A program made the position numbers and the translations under genes. DNA of 64,000 nucleotides from an uncultured delta proteobacterium (lineage in GTDB: Bacteria; Myxococcota_A; Polyangia; Polyangiales; Polyangiaceae): NCBI GenBank assembly GCA_963782055.1, contig CAWAIF010000002.1:256001-320000 (forward strand). The letters run 5' to 3'. Below the pieces are notes generated by a model. That model saw only the letters and a program-made list of their open reading frames with translations, had not been told where the DNA came from and did not search any database. The stretch's first letter is position 1. Each line of letters begins with the position of its first letter. This document shows, piece by piece, positions 63,202-64,000 of this stretch.

Positions 63202-63965
63202 AGCTCACGTTGAAGATCTGGCGGCAGAGCGGCCCGGAGGACCAGGGCGGCCTGGTCGACTACGAGGTGAAGGACGTCGAGCCGGACATGTCCTTCCTCG
63301 AGATGCTGGACATGCTCAACCAGCGCCTCGTGTTGAAGGGCGAGCGCCCGGTGGCCTTCGACTCCGACTGCCGCGAGGGCATCTGCGGCACGTGCGGCTT
63401 CATGATCGGCGGCGTGGCCCATGGCCCGCTGAAGCTCACGACCACGTGCCAGCTCTTCATGCGCAACTACCGCGACGGCGACACCATCGTCTGCGAGCCC
63501 TTCCGCTCCGCGGCCTTCCCCGTGGTGAAGGACCTGGTGGTGGACAAGAGCTCCTTCGACCGCATCATCCAGGCGGGCGGCTTCATCTCCGCGCGCACCG
63601 GCGCCGCGCCGGAGGCCAACGGCATCCCCATCGCGAAGGCCATCGCCGACCTGGCGATGGACGCGGCCGCGTGCATCGGCTGCGGCGCCTGCGTGGCCGC
63701 CTGCCCGAACGCCTCGGCCACGCTCTTCACCGCCGCCAAGATCTCCCACCTGGCGCTGCTGCCGCAGGGCAAGCCGGAGGCCGCGCAGCGCGCCCTGCGC
63801 ATGGTGGCGCGCATGGACGAGGAGGGCTTCGGCGCCTGCTCCAACCACGGCGAGTGCGAGGCCGTCTGCCCGAAGGGCATCTCCCTGGCCTTCATCGCCA
63901 AGGCGAACCGCGAGTACCTGAAGGCCGTCGCGACCGAGGAGCCCGAGCCCCTCATGCGCGTGTGA
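63198..63965 (+). CDS. sdhB: Succinate dehydrogenase iron-sulfur subunit
   Basis: [37 protein letters not shown] overlap with sdhA. Confidence 0.95.
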
Positions 63966-63971
63966 GCGACC

Positions 63972-64000
63972 TCACTTTCCGAAGAGCTTCTTGAACAGGC
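63972..64000 (-). CDS. 3' end of a convergent gene (partial)
   Basis: Minus strand reads ...LFKKLFGK*; too short to identify. Confidence 0.35.

Overview
High-GC bacterial chromosomal window, most likely from a myxobacterium (Myxococcota, Polyangiales/Sorangiineae-like). This is inferred from three Hanks-type Ser/Thr kinases, TPR/PEGA proteins, Cys-rich lipoproteins, an MglA-like GTPase and a PilZ-like protein. It holds about 50 CDSs and one tRNA-Leu(TAG); no CRISPR array, rRNA, transposase or integrase was seen. Recognisable loci are cueR-copA with a MerR-type promoter, a sigma-54 activator, a TetR-MFP-RND efflux operon, a ClpA/C-type ATPase, ppk1, a PPi-dependent PFK and sdhCAB. The most notable signal is a three-gene cassette present twice: membrane Ser/Thr kinase, then a TPR+PEGA protein ending in a beta-signal-like Phe, then a Cys-containing lipoprotein. 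In one copy the lipoprotein ends in a terminal Hint (intein/Hedgehog-like) domain with no C-extein. Other points: two frameshifts share a GATC->GATTC signature (rsmG and an alpha-2-macroglobulin-like gene), a 48-aa TatA-like ORF is missing from the ORF track, several genes have leaderless-type promoters, and two divergent genes start in one ATGCAT palindrome. Family assignments come from motifs read by eye, not database searches.
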